A stretch of DNA of 64,000 nt from the NCBI GenBank assembly GCA_910576875.1, contig CAJTKI010000001.1, positions 350 to 64,349 on the forward strand. The letters run 5' to 3'. Each line of letters starts with the position of its first letter. Positions within the stretch are counted from its first letter, which is position 1. Position numbers and translations under genes: made by a program. Positions 27,861-38,188 of the stretch are shown here, one piece after another. The notes below the pieces were generated by a model. It searched no databases. It worked only from the letters and a program-made list of their open reading frames with translations, and had not been told where the DNA came from. This stretch comes from an uncultured Christensenella sp. GTDB taxonomy: Bacteria > Bacillota > Clostridia > Christensenellales > UBA3700.

Positions 27861-29396
27861 TCATTCCCACTCGACGGTCGCGGGCGGTTTGGACGTCACG
27901 TCGTAGACGACGCGGTTGATCTGCGCGACTTCGTTGGTAATCCTGCTGCTCGCTCTTGCCAGCACGTCGTACGGCAAGCGCGTCCAGTCCGCGGTCATAA
28001 AGTCGTCCGTCGTCACCGCGCGCAACGCGACCGTATATCCGTACGTCCGCGCGTCGCCCATCACGCCGACGCTGCGCAGATCGGTCAACACGGCAAAATA
28101 TTGATCGGTCATCGTATCCGCGCCCGCCGCGGCGACTTCTTCGCGAAAAATCGCATCCGCTTCGCGCAGCGCCGCGAGTTTGTCTTCGGTAATCTCGCCG
28201 ATCACGCGCACCGCCAACCCCGGTCCCGGGAACGGCTGTCTCCATACCAGATCGCGCGGGATGCCCAACCGTATTCCGGCTTCGCGCACTTCGTCCTTAA
28301 ACAAATCGCGCAGCGGTTCGACGATTTCGTCGAACTCGATCGCATCCGGCAACCCGCCTACATTGTGATGACTTTTGATGACGGACGCGTCGCCCGCGCC
28401 GCTCTCGATGACGTCGGGATAGATCGTCCCTTGCACGAGCACGTCCACCTTGCCGATTCGTTGGGACTGCTCTTCGAACACGCGGATAAATTCTTCGCCG
28501 ATGATCTTGCGCTTGCGTTCCGGCTCGACGACGCCCGCGAGTTTGGACAAAAAGCGTTCGCGCGCGTCGACGCGGATCAAATTCATTTCAAATCGCTCGC
28601 GGAACGTGCGTTCGACGAAGTCGCCTTCCCCCTTGCGCAACAGACCGTGATCGACGAATACGCAAGTCAGATTGCTGCCGATCGCCCGATGCAGCAATAC
28701 CGCCGCGACCGAAGAATCCACGCCGCCGCTCAACGCGCAAAGCACGCGTTTGCCCGCCAGCTCGACGCGATAGCGCTCGACCGCATGCTGCACGAAGTCG
28801 TCCATCTGCCAATCGCCTTTGCATCCGCATATCGCAAACAGGAAATTGTTCAACATCTGTTTGCCGTATTCGGTATGCAGTACTTCGGGATGGAACTGCA
28901 CGCCGTAAATCTTGCGCCGTTCGTCGCACATCGCCGCGCAAGGACACTTGTCCGTACGCGCGATCACGCGGAACGATTGCGGCGGTTGTGCGATGTAATC
29001 GGAATGGCTCATCCAGCATACGCTCTCCGTCGGCACGCCGCCAAACAACGCGTCGTCTTCGACGCGCAACGCGACTTTGCCGTATTCGCCGCTGCTACGA
29101 GCGGCGCGGATCTCGCCGCCCGCCATATGCGCGATCAGTTGATCGCCGTAGCATATCCCCAAAATCGGAATTCCGGCGTCCAGAATCGCCGGATCGTAAT
29201 GCGGCGATTGCGGATCGTAAACGCTGTTGGGACCGCCGGTAAAAATCACGCCTTTGTAGCCTTGTTCGACGATTTCCCGCGTCGAAATCGCACGGAACGG
29301 TTTGATCTCGGCATACACGCGATGCTCCCGCACGCGGCGCGCAATCAATTGATTGTATTGTCCGCCGAAATCCAGTACCAATATTTTTTCTTGCAT
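27861..29396 (-). CDS. guaA: GMP synthase (glutamine-hydrolysing)
   Basis: Start reset to ATG 29396 ([24 protein letters not shown]). Contains the PP-loop [10 protein letters not shown] and ends VEWE. The track ORF (776 aa) runs upstream into purA in another frame. Confidence 0.95.
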   Translation of the reverse strand: MQEKILVLDFGGQYNQLIARRVREHRVYAEIKPFRAISTREIVEQGYKGVIFTGGPNSVYDPQSPHYDPAILDAGIPILGICYGDQLIAHMAGGEIRAARSSGEYGKVALRVEDDALFGGVPTESVCWMSHSDYIAQPPQSFRVIARTDKCPCAAMCDERRKIYGVQFHPEVLHTEYGKQMLNNFLFAICGCKGDWQMDDFVQHAVERYRVELAGKRVLCALSGGVDSSVAAVLLHRAIGSNLTCVFVDHGLLRKGEGDFVERTFRERFEMNLIRVDARERFLSKLAGVVEPERKRKIIGEEFIRVFEEQSQRIGKVDVLVQGTIYPDVIESGAGDASVIKSHHNVGGLPDAIEFDEIVEPLRDLFKDEVREAGIRLGIPRDLVWRQPFPGPGLAVRVIGEITEDKLAALREADAIFREEVAAAGADTMTDQYFAVLTDLRSVGVMGDARTYGYTVALRAVTTDDFMTADWTRLPYDVLARASSRITNEVAQINRVVYDVTSKPPATVEWE

Positions 29397-29416
29397 ACGC
29401 TTGCTCCGTCCGCGCG

Positions 29417-30691
29417 TCAACGCACGATGATGCTGTCGCGTTCCGGTCCGACCGACACATAGCCGATGCGGCAACCCAGATTGCGCTCCAAATATTCGAC
29501 GTACGCGCGCGCCTGCGGCGGAAGATCTTCCCATCTGCGCACGGACGAAATATCGCATTTCCAGCCTTGCAGGCTTTCGAACACCGGCTTGGCGCTCGCC
29601 AACGCCGCCGGGAACGGGAACTTGTCCGTCCGCACGCCGTCGATTTCGTAATGCGTACAGACGGGAATCTCGTCCATGTCGTCGAGCACGTCGAGTTTGG
29701 TCAACGCGAGATTGGTCGCCGCCTGCATGCGCACGCCGTAGCGGGTCGCAACCAAATCGATCGGTCCCACGCGCCGCGGGCGTCCCGTCTTGGCGCCGTA
29801 CTCCGCGCCCGCTTTGCGCAACGCTTCGGCGCGCTCGCCGAACCATTCGCAGACAAACGGACCTTCGCCCACGCACGTCGAATACGCCTTGACGACGCCG
29901 ACGACCTCGTCGATCTTCGCGCCGGGCAATCCCGATCCGACCGGCGCGTACGCCGCGGTCGTATTGGACGACGTCGTAAACGGATGGATGCCGTAATCCA
30001 AATCGCGCAACGCGCCCAGTTGCGCTTCGAACAAGATGCGTTTGCCTTGCGCGGCGGCATCGTCCAGCCACGCGCCCGTATCGCAGACGTACGGCTTGAT
30101 CTTCTCGCCGTAATCGGCGATCCAATCCGTCAATTGATCCATCGTATACGGTTGCGCGCCGTATACGCGCTCCAAAGTCAGATTCTTCCACTCCAACAGG
30201 TCGCGCAGATGCGCGCGCAGATGGTCGGGATAGAACAACTCGCCCGCCAAGATCGTTTTCTTCTGATATTTGTCGGAATAAAACGGCGCGATGCCCTGTT
30301 TTGTCGAACCGTACTTCTTATCTTGCAAGCGCGCTTCTTCGAGCGCGTCGAGATCGCGATGCCACGGCAACAGCAACGACGCGCGATCGCTGATTTTGAG
30401 ATTGTTCGGCGTGAGCGCGACGCCCTGCTCGGTCACGGATTGCATTTCCTGCCAAAGGTTTTCGCAATCCAACGCGACGCCGTTGCCCAAAATATTGACG
30501 ACGCCGTCGCGGAAAATCCCGGACGGCAATAAATGTAAAGCAAATTTTCCGTATTCGTTGATGACCGTGTGTCCGGCGTTGCCGCCGCCCTGATAGCGTA
30601 CGACGACGTCGTAATCGCGGGTCAGCAAGTCGACCATACGGCCTTTGCCTTCGTCACCCCAGTTGATGCCGACGATTGCACAATTTGACAT
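29417..30691 (-). CDS. purA: Adenylosuccinate synthetase
   Basis: Start reset to ATG 30691 (GGAGGA SD). The N-terminus [23 protein letters not shown] carries the P-loop-like motif. Confidence 0.95.
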   Translation of the reverse strand: MSNCAIVGINWGDEGKGRMVDLLTRDYDVVVRYQGGGNAGHTVINEYGKFALHLLPSGIFRDGVVNILGNGVALDCENLWQEMQSVTEQGVALTPNNLKISDRASLLLPWHRDLDALEEARLQDKKYGSTKQGIAPFYSDKYQKKTILAGELFYPDHLRAHLRDLLEWKNLTLERVYGAQPYTMDQLTDWIADYGEKIKPYVCDTGAWLDDAAAQGKRILFEAQLGALRDLDYGIHPFTTSSNTTAAYAPVGSGLPGAKIDEVVGVVKAYSTCVGEGPFVCEWFGERAEALRKAGAEYGAKTGRPRRVGPIDLVATRYGVRMQAATNLALTKLDVLDDMDEIPVCTHYEIDGVRTDKFPFPAALASAKPVFESLQGWKCDISSVRRWEDLPPQARAYVEYLERNLGCRIGYVSVGPERDSIIVR

Positions 30692-31084
30692 GGAATATCC
30701 TCCGTAAAGATAGATTCGGCTCGTGCGCCGCATTTGACTCGTATGCTCCGCCGAACGCGACCGACGCATGCGCCGCGATCGAAATTCGGGATCATGCGCG
30801 CGCTTTTTCGGCGCTGCCGCAAACGCCGTTTTGCATCCGAAAACCGCGATGAATCCGCGCGTTGCCGATCGTTGCGACGTCTATTCTATTTTTTCGCTTT
30901 TTGCGCGATTTGTCAAGTTTACGCAACCAATTTTCGGAGCGGATCGCAATATTTTTGCCGCGCGATTTTCATCGCGCCGCTCCGCTTGTCCCCGCGCAAA
31001 ACCGCGCCGAAACGCAACCGCCGCCGCTCGATGCAAAACACGCGAAAAATCCCCGATTTTCAAGCAAAAATTCAACAAAATCCG

Positions 31085-32461
31085 TTACGCCCGATCGTCG
31101 TATCCCGCTTGCGCGAAACGCGCGCGGGCGCGAGCGGATTTATACCAACCGCCGCCATAATAAAAGATCGCGCTCAACACGGTCGCCACCGACCAACCGA
31201 TCGGCCAGGACCACCATATGCCGTCCACGCCGAGCACGCGGTTGAGTACAAAACAAAGCGCCACGCGCACCGCCAGATCGGCAAACGTCGCGATCATAAA
31301 CGCGGTCATGCTTTCCGCGCCGCGCAACACCGCGTCGTACATGAGTTTGCAACCGATGACGAGATAGAACGGACTGACGATCAACAAAAACCGACTGCCC
31401 GTCGCAATCGCCGCGTCGCTGACCTGATCCATAAACAAGCCCAACGCGCCTTTGCGGCAAAACGCGTAGATCAACGACATCGGCACGCAGATCATCGCCG
31501 CCATGCCCAAACCGACGTTCAGTCCGCGCTTGACGCGCGTCAATTGATGCGCTCCCATGTTTTGCGCGGCAAATCCGGACACCGCGCCCGCCATCGCGGT
31601 CACGGTCGTCAGCACAAACGTATTGAGTTTCACCGCCGCGGTATATCCGGCGACGACGGACGACCCGTAGCCGTTGACCAAGCCCTGAATGACGAGATTA
31701 CCGACCGAAATAAAACTCTGTTGCAGCACGCTGGGAATCGCTACCGTGCACATCTGCCCCAAAAGCCGCAACGAAAACGCTTTGGCGCGTTCGGATCCGT
31801 CGCGCAGCTTGCGCATGCGGATCAACAGCGCGACCGCGCACAGCGCCGCCGCGACCGACTGCGTCAAAAAAGTCGCCCACGCCAGTCCCGCGACGCCCAT
31901 GCGGAACACGAGCACAAACAGCAGATCCAATCCGATATTGCCCAAACTGGAAGCGATCAAAAAGTAAAACGGCGTGCGCGAATCCCCGAGCGCGGAAAAA
32001 ATCCCGTTGCAGACGTTGTACAGCAGGACGAACAAAAATCCGCCGATGTAGATATACAGATAGCGCATCGCATCCGCGAAAATATCCCCGGGAGTCTGCA
32101 CGAGCCGCATCAACGACGTCGCGCTCGCAAGTCCTATGCCGGTCAGTACGACGCCGAGCACGCCGACCGCGATCAGGATCGTCGATACGCTCTCGCGGAC
32201 TTCCCGATACCGCCGCGCGCCGAACAACCGCGACACGATGACGCTGCAACCGAGATTGCATCCCAGCGCCACCGCCATAAACAGCATCGTGATCGGAAAG
32301 GACGCGCCGACCGCCGCAAGCGCGTTTTCGTCGATGCACTTGCCCGCGATGACGGTGTCCGCCATGTTGTAGAGTTGCTGAAACACGACGCTGCCCAGCA
32401 TCGGCAGCGCATACCGCCACATGACGCCCGATACTTTGCCTTGGGTCAAATCCCGGATCAT
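31085..32461 (-). CDS. MATE family efflux transporter
   Basis: 458 aa with 12 predicted TM helices. The N-terminus LTQGKVSGVMWRYALPMLGSVVFQQLYNMADTVIAG is typical of MATE/NorM. Confidence 0.85.
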   Translation of the reverse strand: MIRDLTQGKVSGVMWRYALPMLGSVVFQQLYNMADTVIAGKCIDENALAAVGASFPITMLFMAVALGCNLGCSVIVSRLFGARRYREVRESVSTILIAVGVLGVVLTGIGLASATSLMRLVQTPGDIFADAMRYLYIYIGGFLFVLLYNVCNGIFSALGDSRTPFYFLIASSLGNIGLDLLFVLVFRMGVAGLAWATFLTQSVAAALCAVALLIRMRKLRDGSERAKAFSLRLLGQMCTVAIPSVLQQSFISVGNLVIQGLVNGYGSSVVAGYTAAVKLNTFVLTTVTAMAGAVSGFAAQNMGAHQLTRVKRGLNVGLGMAAMICVPMSLIYAFCRKGALGLFMDQVSDAAIATGSRFLLIVSPFYLVIGCKLMYDAVLRGAESMTAFMIATFADLAVRVALCFVLNRVLGVDGIWWSWPIGWSVATVLSAIFYYGGGWYKSARARARFAQAGYDDRA

Positions 32462-32487
32462 AACGCCTCCACGCCCCTTTCGCTCCC

Positions 32488-32516
32488 GTTATACCACCGG
32501 CACGCGCGAATGTCAA
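32488..32516 (-). promoter_or_regulatory. Sigma-A-like promoter TTGACA-17-TGgTATAAC for the MATE gene
   Basis: The minus strand reads gtTTGACAttcgcgcgtgccggtggTATAACggg. Confidence 0.45.
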
Positions 32517-32567
32517 ACGCATCCCGACGAATTTTGTCTGCGATTGCAAAACCTGTCCCGCAATCGA

Positions 32568-32597
32568 TTGCAAGATCGCCGCGCGACGTGCTATACT
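32568..32597 (+). promoter_or_regulatory. Sigma-A-like promoter TTGCAA-18-TGcTATACT driving the riboswitch leader
   Basis: Read directly: gaTTGCAAgatcgccgcgcgacgtgcTATACTgtc. Confidence 0.45.
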
Positions 32598-32604
32598 GTC
32601 GATA

Positions 32605-32800
32605 ACCGAAATACGGTCGAAGGTTGTTGCGGCATCGCATGCGAGCCGTACATTAAAAAGGGAACGGAGTGAAAATCTCCGACAGCCCCCGCTACTGTAA
32701 CAACTACAAACGCGCATATCCACCGCTGCGGCGGGAAGGGCGCGTAAGGCAAGAAGTTGTAAGTCAGGAGACCTGCCCGCGACCGACGCGAAACCAATCT
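32605..32800 (+). promoter_or_regulatory. Cobalamin (B12) riboswitch
   Basis: Conserved core AAAAAGGGAACGGAGTGAAAATCTCCGACAGCCCCCGCTACTGTAA, then ATCCACCGCTGCGGCGGGAAGGGCG and AAGTCAGGAGACCTGCC, matching the cobalamin riboswitch consensus as I recall it. Boundaries are approximate. Confidence 0.85.
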
Positions 32801-32831
32801 CGGAGGGAGACGGCGTGGATCAAGTCTTTTG

Positions 32832-32857
32832 CGCGCTCGTTCCGACGGGCGCGTTTT
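32832..32857 (+). terminator. Rho-independent terminator (riboswitch expression platform)
   Basis: Stem CGCGCTCG / CGGGCGCG (one G-U pair), 6-nt loop, then TTTT. It lies 38 nt upstream of the downstream ATG. Confidence 0.6.
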
Positions 32858-32894
32858 CGTTGATCCGACAAACCAAATGCAAAGGAGACTGCAC

Positions 32895-33365
32895 ATGAAA
32901 CAACAACTGACGAAACTGCTGACCGTACTGCTCTTGCTGACGCTCTGCATCGCGGCGTTTGCCGCGTGCGGCGGCGACGAAGCGGATCCGATCGGCACGA
33001 TGCAACTCGTCCTGCTGGACGGCGACGATGCGACGGTATACGAAATCCCGTTGTCCGAACTGCCCGCAAACACCGACGCTACGGGATTGGTGCGCGTATT
33101 GGATTATCTGCAAGCGCAGGACAAACTCACGTATACGATCGCCAACGGCATGTTTTCGCAAGTCGGTCCGATCCGCGAGGATGCGGGCGCGGGGATCTAT
33201 GTCTATCTGTACACTTCGGTCGCCAAGGATCTCGACGTATCGATCTACGCGACCACGATCGAATACGACGGCAAAACCTATACCAATTCCGGCGTGGGCG
33301 CGGAACAGATGACGCTCGAAGACGGCTGCGTCATCATCGTGACGACGATCGTATTCGGCGCGTAA
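32895..33365 (+). CDS. DUF4430-like lipoprotein (putative surface cobalamin-binding protein)
   Basis: Start reset to ATG 32895 (AAAGGAG SD). The N-terminus MKQQLTKLLTVLLLLTLCIAAFAACGG carries a lipobox. The small beta-rich domain (GLVRVLDYLQAQDKLTYTIANGMFSQVG...YVYLYT) resembles DUF4430, the transcobalamin beta-domain. It is under the B12 riboswitch. Confidence 0.65.
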   Translation: MKQQLTKLLTVLLLLTLCIAAFAACGGDEADPIGTMQLVLLDGDDATVYEIPLSELPANTDATGLVRVLDYLQAQDKLTYTIANGMFSQVGPIREDAGAGIYVYLYTSVAKDLDVSIYATTIEYDGKTYTNSGVGAEQMTLEDGCVIIVTTIVFGA

Positions 33366-33366
33366 C

Positions 33367-33942
33367 ATGCGAAAGCGCGCGTTGCAACTGGCTTTGACCG
33401 CTCTGCTGTCCGCGCTTTTGACGGGCGGCAAAGCGGCGCTTGCCGCGATCCCCAACGTCGAGATCGTCACGTTGCTGTGCGCGTTGTACGGCACGACGTT
33501 CGGCGCAATCGGCATCGCCGCGACCTACCTGTTCGTGACGACCGAAACGCTGATCTGGGGCTTCGGCGGATGGATCGTCACGTATGCGCTGTACTGGCCG
33601 TGCGTGACGTTCGTATTCGCGCTGCTGGGCAAGTACGACGTACGCAACCGTTGGATCTGCACGCTCGTCGCGTGCGTCATGACGGTATGGTTCGGCGTAT
33701 TGTCGTCGCTCGTGGACACGGGACTGTTTACCGGATTTCTGCACGACTTCTGGCGACGTTTTGCGATTATCTACGTACGGGGCGGCGCGTTCTATGTCGC
33801 CCAGATCGTCTGCAACGCGTTGCTCTTCCCGATCGCGTTCGTGCCGCTGCATCGCGCGCTCGTCCGCATATTGCCCGAGCGCATGCGTCGGTTCTGTCTG
33901 TTGACTCCGTACCGACGCAAACCGCTGCCCAAACAATCTTGA
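33367..33942 (+). CDS. ECF-transporter S-component-like membrane protein (putative cobalamin-specific)
   Basis: 191 aa with about 6 TM helices and GGKAALAAIPNVEIVTLL near the N-terminus. It starts 2 nt after the lipoprotein gene in the B12-riboswitch operon. No ECF A/T genes are adjacent. Confidence 0.6.
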   Translation: MRKRALQLALTALLSALLTGGKAALAAIPNVEIVTLLCALYGTTFGAIGIAATYLFVTTETLIWGFGGWIVTYALYWPCVTFVFALLGKYDVRNRWICTLVACVMTVWFGVLSSLVDTGLFTGFLHDFWRRFAIIYVRGGAFYVAQIVCNALLFPIAFVPLHRALVRILPERMRRFCLLTPYRRKPLPKQS

Positions 33943-33954
33943 CTTCCAACATAT

Positions 33955-33990
33955 CAAAAACGGCGACGCAATGCGTCGCCGTTTTGTTGT
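33955..33990. terminator. Bidirectional rho-independent terminator
   Basis: AAAAA-ACGGCGACGC-aat-GCGTCGCCGT-TTTG lies between the convergent S-component gene and nagB. Confidence 0.8.
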
Positions 33991-34008
33991 TTGTAATTTG
34001 CAATCCGA

Positions 34009-34743
34009 TTATTTGCTCAATTTGCTCGCCGCGGCTTCGTCCACGATGACGACGACGTCGGGATGCTTTTGCAAAATGCTCGCGGGACATTCGGTCGTAA
34101 TCTCGCCTTCGATCATCGCGCGCACGGCGTCCGCTTTGTTTTCGCCGTTGGCGACAAGCAGGATCTTCTTGGCGTTCATGACGTTGGCAATGCCCATCGT
34201 GATCGCGTGCGTCGGCACTTCGTCCAAACTCTGGAAAAAGCGCGCGTTGTCCAGACGGGTCTTGTCTTTGAGCTTGACGATATTGGTCGTCGAATCGAAC
34301 GACGTGCCCGGCTCGTTAAATCCGATATGCCCGTTCGCGCCGATCCCCAGCACCTGCACGTCCTGCCGCAACTGCGCCAACAACGCCGTATAACGCGCGC
34401 ATTCCGCGGCCGTATCCTGCGCCATGCCGTTGGGCAAATGTACGTTTTCTTCCTTGACGTCGATGTGATTGAACAGATTGTCGTGCATAAAATACACATA
34501 GCTCTGATCGTCCTGCGCGCCCAGACCGATGTACTCGTCCAGATTGACGGTCGTGACCTGCGCGTACGACGTGCCGTTGCGGCGATGATCGGCGATCATA
34601 TTCTGATACAGCCCGATCGGCGAAGATCCGGTCGCCAGTCCCAGCACCGCGCGGGGATTGTCGGTAACGATGCGTCGAACGACGGCAAAAGCCGCGTCGC
34701 TGATTTCCTGATAATTCTGTTTGACAATAAGTTGAATCGCCAT
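34009..34743 (-). CDS. nagB: Glucosamine-6-phosphate deaminase
   Basis: 244 aa with VLGLATGSSPIGLYQ and GIGANGHIGFNEPG motifs. AGGAG SD. Confidence 0.95.
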   Translation of the reverse strand: MAIQLIVKQNYQEISDAAFAVVRRIVTDNPRAVLGLATGSSPIGLYQNMIADHRRNGTSYAQVTTVNLDEYIGLGAQDDQSYVYFMHDNLFNHIDVKEENVHLPNGMAQDTAAECARYTALLAQLRQDVQVLGIGANGHIGFNEPGTSFDSTTNIVKLKDKTRLDNARFFQSLDEVPTHAITMGIANVMNAKKILLVANGENKADAVRAMIEGEITTECPASILQKHPDVVVIVDEAAASKLSK

Positions 34744-34802
34744 GTTGTATGCTCCTATATCTTATACGGTTCGTTATATGCCGAAAGCGGCGCGATTATG
34801 CG

Positions 34803-36338
34803 TCAGCGCTCGATCAGCGACTTGCCCGACATTTCCTGCGGGACGGGAATGCCCATCATTTCCAACATCGTGGGCGCGATATCGCACAGTTTGCCGCCGT
34901 CGGCAAGACCTTTGACGCTCGCGTTGCCGATCGCGATCAACGGGACCGGATTGGTCGTATGCGCGGTAAACGGCGTGCCGTCCGCCTCGAACATGTGATC
35001 GCAGTTGCCGTGATCCGCGGTCACCAATGCTTGTCCGCCGACCGAAAGGATCGCGTCCACGACCTTTTGCACGCATTCGTCCGTGACCGATACGGCGCGT
35101 TTCGCCGCGTCGAGCACGCCGGTGTGTCCGACCATGTCGCAGTTGGCGAAATTGAGAATCATGACCTGATATTCGCCGCTGCGAATGACTTCGCAAGCCT
35201 TATCGCATACGCCGTACGCGCTCATTTCGGGTTGCATGTCAAACGTCGCGATCTTGGGCGAATCGATCAAAATGCGATCTTCGCCGGGATTGGCGGCTTC
35301 CACGCCGCCGTTGAAGAAGAACGTCACGTGCGCGTATTTCTGCGTCTCTGCGATCCGGAACTGCTTGATGCCCAATCCGCTCAGATATTCGCCGAGCGTA
35401 TTGCGATAGCTCTCCGGACGGTACGCAACCTGCAAACGGTCGCCGAACGTCACGTCATACTGCGTAAACGATACAAACCGCGGATGCAAAAATCCTTTGC
35501 CCCGCTCGAATCCCGCAAAATCCGCGTCGATCATCGAACGCGTGATCTGACGCGCGCGGTCGGGACGGAAGTTGAAGAAAATCACGCTGTCGCCGTCGTT
35601 GACGGTCGCAACGGGCGCGCCTTTGTCCAACAATACGGTCGGCAGAACGAATTCGTCCGTCACGCCCGCATCGTAGCTGTGCTGCATCGCCTGAATCGGA
35701 TCGGTCTCGTACAGTCCGCGTCCTTCGGTCAGCGCGGCGTACGCCTTGCTCACGCGATCCCAGATATTGTCGCGATCCATCGCATAGAACCGTCCGCAAA
35801 TCGTCGCGATCCGCCCGAAACGCAACCGCTCCATCTCCGCGCTCAGCGCGGCGATATACTCTTTGCCGCTGGTCGGCGGCACGTCGCGTCCGTCCATAAA
35901 ACAATGGACGTATACCTGATCCAATCCGCGGCGTTTCGCCATCTCGATCAGCGCGTACAAATGCGTAATATGGCTGTGCACGCCGCCGTCGGAGACCAGC
36001 CCCATGACGTGCAGTTGTTTGCCGTTGTCGCGCGCATGATCCATCGCGTCGACCAACGCGGGATTTTCAAAGAAATCTCCGTCCTGAATGGATTTGGTAA
36101 TGCGCGTCAATTCTTGATAAATGATGCGTCCCGCGCCGATGTTGAGATGACCGACTTCGCTGTTGCCCATCTGTCCGTCGGGCAGACCGACCGCCATGCC
36201 GCCCGCCTGCAACTGCGTATTGGGATACTCGCGCAACATGCGCTGTACGTTGGGAGAAGTCTGCTCGTCGATCGCGTTGTCCGCGCCTTTCGGCGCGATT
36301 CCGTAACCGTCCATGATAATCAAACCGGTAAATTGCAT
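34803..36338 (-). CDS. gpmI: 2,3-bisphosphoglycerate-independent phosphoglycerate mutase
   Basis: 511 aa with LIIMDGYGIAP, GNSEVGHLNIGAGR and ADHGNCD motifs. GGAGG SD. Confidence 0.95.
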   Translation of the reverse strand: MQFTGLIIMDGYGIAPKGADNAIDEQTSPNVQRMLREYPNTQLQAGGMAVGLPDGQMGNSEVGHLNIGAGRIIYQELTRITKSIQDGDFFENPALVDAMDHARDNGKQLHVMGLVSDGGVHSHITHLYALIEMAKRRGLDQVYVHCFMDGRDVPPTSGKEYIAALSAEMERLRFGRIATICGRFYAMDRDNIWDRVSKAYAALTEGRGLYETDPIQAMQHSYDAGVTDEFVLPTVLLDKGAPVATVNDGDSVIFFNFRPDRARQITRSMIDADFAGFERGKGFLHPRFVSFTQYDVTFGDRLQVAYRPESYRNTLGEYLSGLGIKQFRIAETQKYAHVTFFFNGGVEAANPGEDRILIDSPKIATFDMQPEMSAYGVCDKACEVIRSGEYQVMILNFANCDMVGHTGVLDAAKRAVSVTDECVQKVVDAILSVGGQALVTADHGNCDHMFEADGTPFTAHTTNPVPLIAIGNASVKGLADGGKLCDIAPTMLEMMGIPVPQEMSGKSLIER

Positions 36339-36403
36339 ATAGCCTCCTGCTGTGTGCCGAACACAATCCGCACAACATCGGACATTTGCCCGAATGCGCC
36401 CTT

Positions 36404-36432
36404 ATTGTAGCACACCGCCGATGCAAAGTCAA
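36404..36432 (-). promoter_or_regulatory. Sigma-A-like promoter TTGACT-17-TGcTACAAT for gpmI
   Basis: The minus strand reads gtTTGACTttgcatcggcggtgtgcTACAATaag. Confidence 0.5.
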
Positions 36433-36490
36433 ACATGCGTACGCAAATTGCGCCCGCACGCATACGCAAAACCGTATCCGATCGGGACGG

Positions 36491-36520
36491 CAAAACAAAA
36501 CGGCGCCCGAAAGCGCCGTC
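36491..36520 (-). terminator. Rho-independent terminator
   Basis: The minus strand reads ACGGCGC-tttcgg-GCGCCGT followed by TTTGTTTTG, downstream of the 36545-37156 gene. Confidence 0.75.
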
Positions 36521-36544
36521 CGTATTTTGCAACGCACCGCCGCG

Positions 36545-37156
36545 TCACGCCGCTTGCGCGAGCACCCAATCCAAATACGCCGTCCGCGTCTGCGCGTCCC
36601 GCGCAAGGATCGAACAATCGTACAGATTGCCCCCGCGCAAGAAAACCGCATGCCAACCGTCGTCGCTTCGATCCAACCAATAGCCCGTCGCGCCGTCCCC
36701 GAATCGCTCCATCTGCGCGGTTGCGTCCGCCGCATATTGTTCGAACGTCCGCGCGTCGCTGCGATAGCGATCGCCGAGCGTACAACGGATCGAGATCGAG
36801 CCGTCGGCAAGCGTATTGTCTACGCTGTAACCGAAACATTTGGGCGCGCTCTTATCGTCGCTGCGCGTGTCTTTCTTTTTCAAATCGTCGTAATCATTGA
36901 AATTCGCGTTTGCCTGCCATTGCGCCTGCGGATACGCGAACGCCGCAACTTCGCTTCCCAGATACGACTGCAATGCTTGCGGCGTATCGAACGTCCGCAC
37001 ATAATGGACCGCGGGATCGTTCGCCAACGAGCCGATAATAATTCCTAAAAGCGCGCAGACCGTCGCCGCCGCGATCGCAAGCGAAATCGCGACGAATTTC
37101 AGCGCCTGGCGATGCGCGTTGCCGCGCGTTTGCGGTTGTTCCTTGCAAATGTCCAT
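36545..37156 (-). CDS. Hypothetical membrane-anchored protein
   Basis: Start reset to ATG 37156 (GGGGGGA SD). 203 aa with one TM helix (FVAISLAIAAATVCALLGIIIGSL). I recognise no motif. Confidence 0.55.
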   Translation of the reverse strand: MDICKEQPQTRGNAHRQALKFVAISLAIAAATVCALLGIIIGSLANDPAVHYVRTFDTPQALQSYLGSEVAAFAYPQAQWQANANFNDYDDLKKKDTRSDDKSAPKCFGYSVDNTLADGSISIRCTLGDRYRSDARTFEQYAADATAQMERFGDGATGYWLDRSDDGWHAVFLRGGNLYDCSILARDAQTRTAYLDWVLAQAA

Positions 37157-37319
37157 CCGAAATCCCCCCGTACTGCCGATCCTTCGATCGGAATCCGCAT
37201 CGCAGATGCGTTCGATGCAAACTTTGCAACAATCGGTTTTCCGATAAACGGAACGACCTTTCCCTATACAAAGTATACCCCCGTCCGCACGCCGTGTCAA
37301 TACTCAAAGTTTTGACAAC

Positions 37320-37349
37320 GAAAAACGACCGCGCCCGAAAGCGCGGTCG
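37320..37349 (-). terminator. Rho-independent terminator after tpiA
   Basis: The minus strand reads CGACCGCGC-tttcgg-GCGCGGTCG followed by TTTTT. Confidence 0.8.
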
Positions 37350-37369
37350 CAACGTTCGACGAAATGCGA

Positions 37370-38125
37370 TCAGCCGTTGTATTTGACGACCTGCGAGAAG
37401 TCTGCCGCTTTGAGCGACGCTCCGCCGATCAAGCCGCCGTCGATCTGCGGCATCGCCATCAATTCTTTGGCGTTCTTCGGATTCATGCTGCCGCCGTACT
37501 GAATGCGCAGTTTTTCTTGCGCGCACTTTTCGCAGTACAGTTTGGCAACCGTATCGCGGATGATCGCGATTGTATCGTTGGCGTCCTGCGCGGTCGCGGT
37601 CTTGCCGGTACCGATCGCCCAGACGGGTTCGTACGCGATCACGAGTTTGTCCAAAGCGTCCTTATCGACGTCTTTGAGCGCTTCCGTTGTCTGACGCACA
37701 AGCACTTCTTCGACCTTGCCGCCTTCGCGCTCTTCGAGCGTTTCGCCGACGCAAATAATCGGTTTCAGTCCTTTGGCAAGCGCGGTCTTCACGCGCGCAT
37801 TGACGGTTTGATCGGTCTCGCCGAAATACTGACGACGCTCGCTGTGTCCGATGACGACGTATTCCACGCCCTGCTCCAACAGCATGTCCGCGCTGATCTC
37901 GCCGGTAAACGCGCCTTTGTCCGCCCAGTGGACGTTCTCCGCGCCGAGCTTGATGTTGGTGCCGCGGATCATATCGCCCGCCTGCCACAAACTCGTGTAC
38001 GGTACGCAGATCACGACTTCCGCTTCCGCATCCGCGACGAGCGGAATCAGATCGGTCAGCAATTCCTTGGTCTGCTGTTTGGTGTTGTTCATTTTCCAGT
38101 TGCCTGCGATGATAGGTCTTCTCAT
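37370..38125 (-). CDS. tpiA: Triosephosphate isomerase
   Basis: Start reset to ATG 38125 (MRRPIIAGNWKMN). Contains VVIGHSERR, AYEPVWAIGTG and LIGGASL. Confidence 0.95.
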   Translation of the reverse strand: MRRPIIAGNWKMNNTKQQTKELLTDLIPLVADAEAEVVICVPYTSLWQAGDMIRGTNIKLGAENVHWADKGAFTGEISADMLLEQGVEYVVIGHSERRQYFGETDQTVNARVKTALAKGLKPIICVGETLEEREGGKVEEVLVRQTTEALKDVDKDALDKLVIAYEPVWAIGTGKTATAQDANDTIAIIRDTVAKLYCEKCAQEKLRIQYGGSMNPKNAKELMAMPQIDGGLIGGASLKAADFSQVVKYNG

Positions 38126-38188
38126 GATAATTCTCCTGTCGATAATGTCGGACGGACGCGCCGTCCGCAAGCCGCGCGATGCGCGGAA

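Noticed and set aside
29397-30191. Upstream extension of guaA (776-aa track ORF)
   Set aside because: It overlaps purA out of frame. The conserved GuaA N-terminus [12 protein letters not shown] starts at 29396.
30692-31084. 390-bp region upstream of purA, examined for a purine or ZTP riboswitch
   Set aside because: I could not find the conserved purine-riboswitch loops or the ZTP (pfl) core by eye. A TTGACA is present, but the -10 spacing is poor. A covariance-model scan would be needed before any claim.
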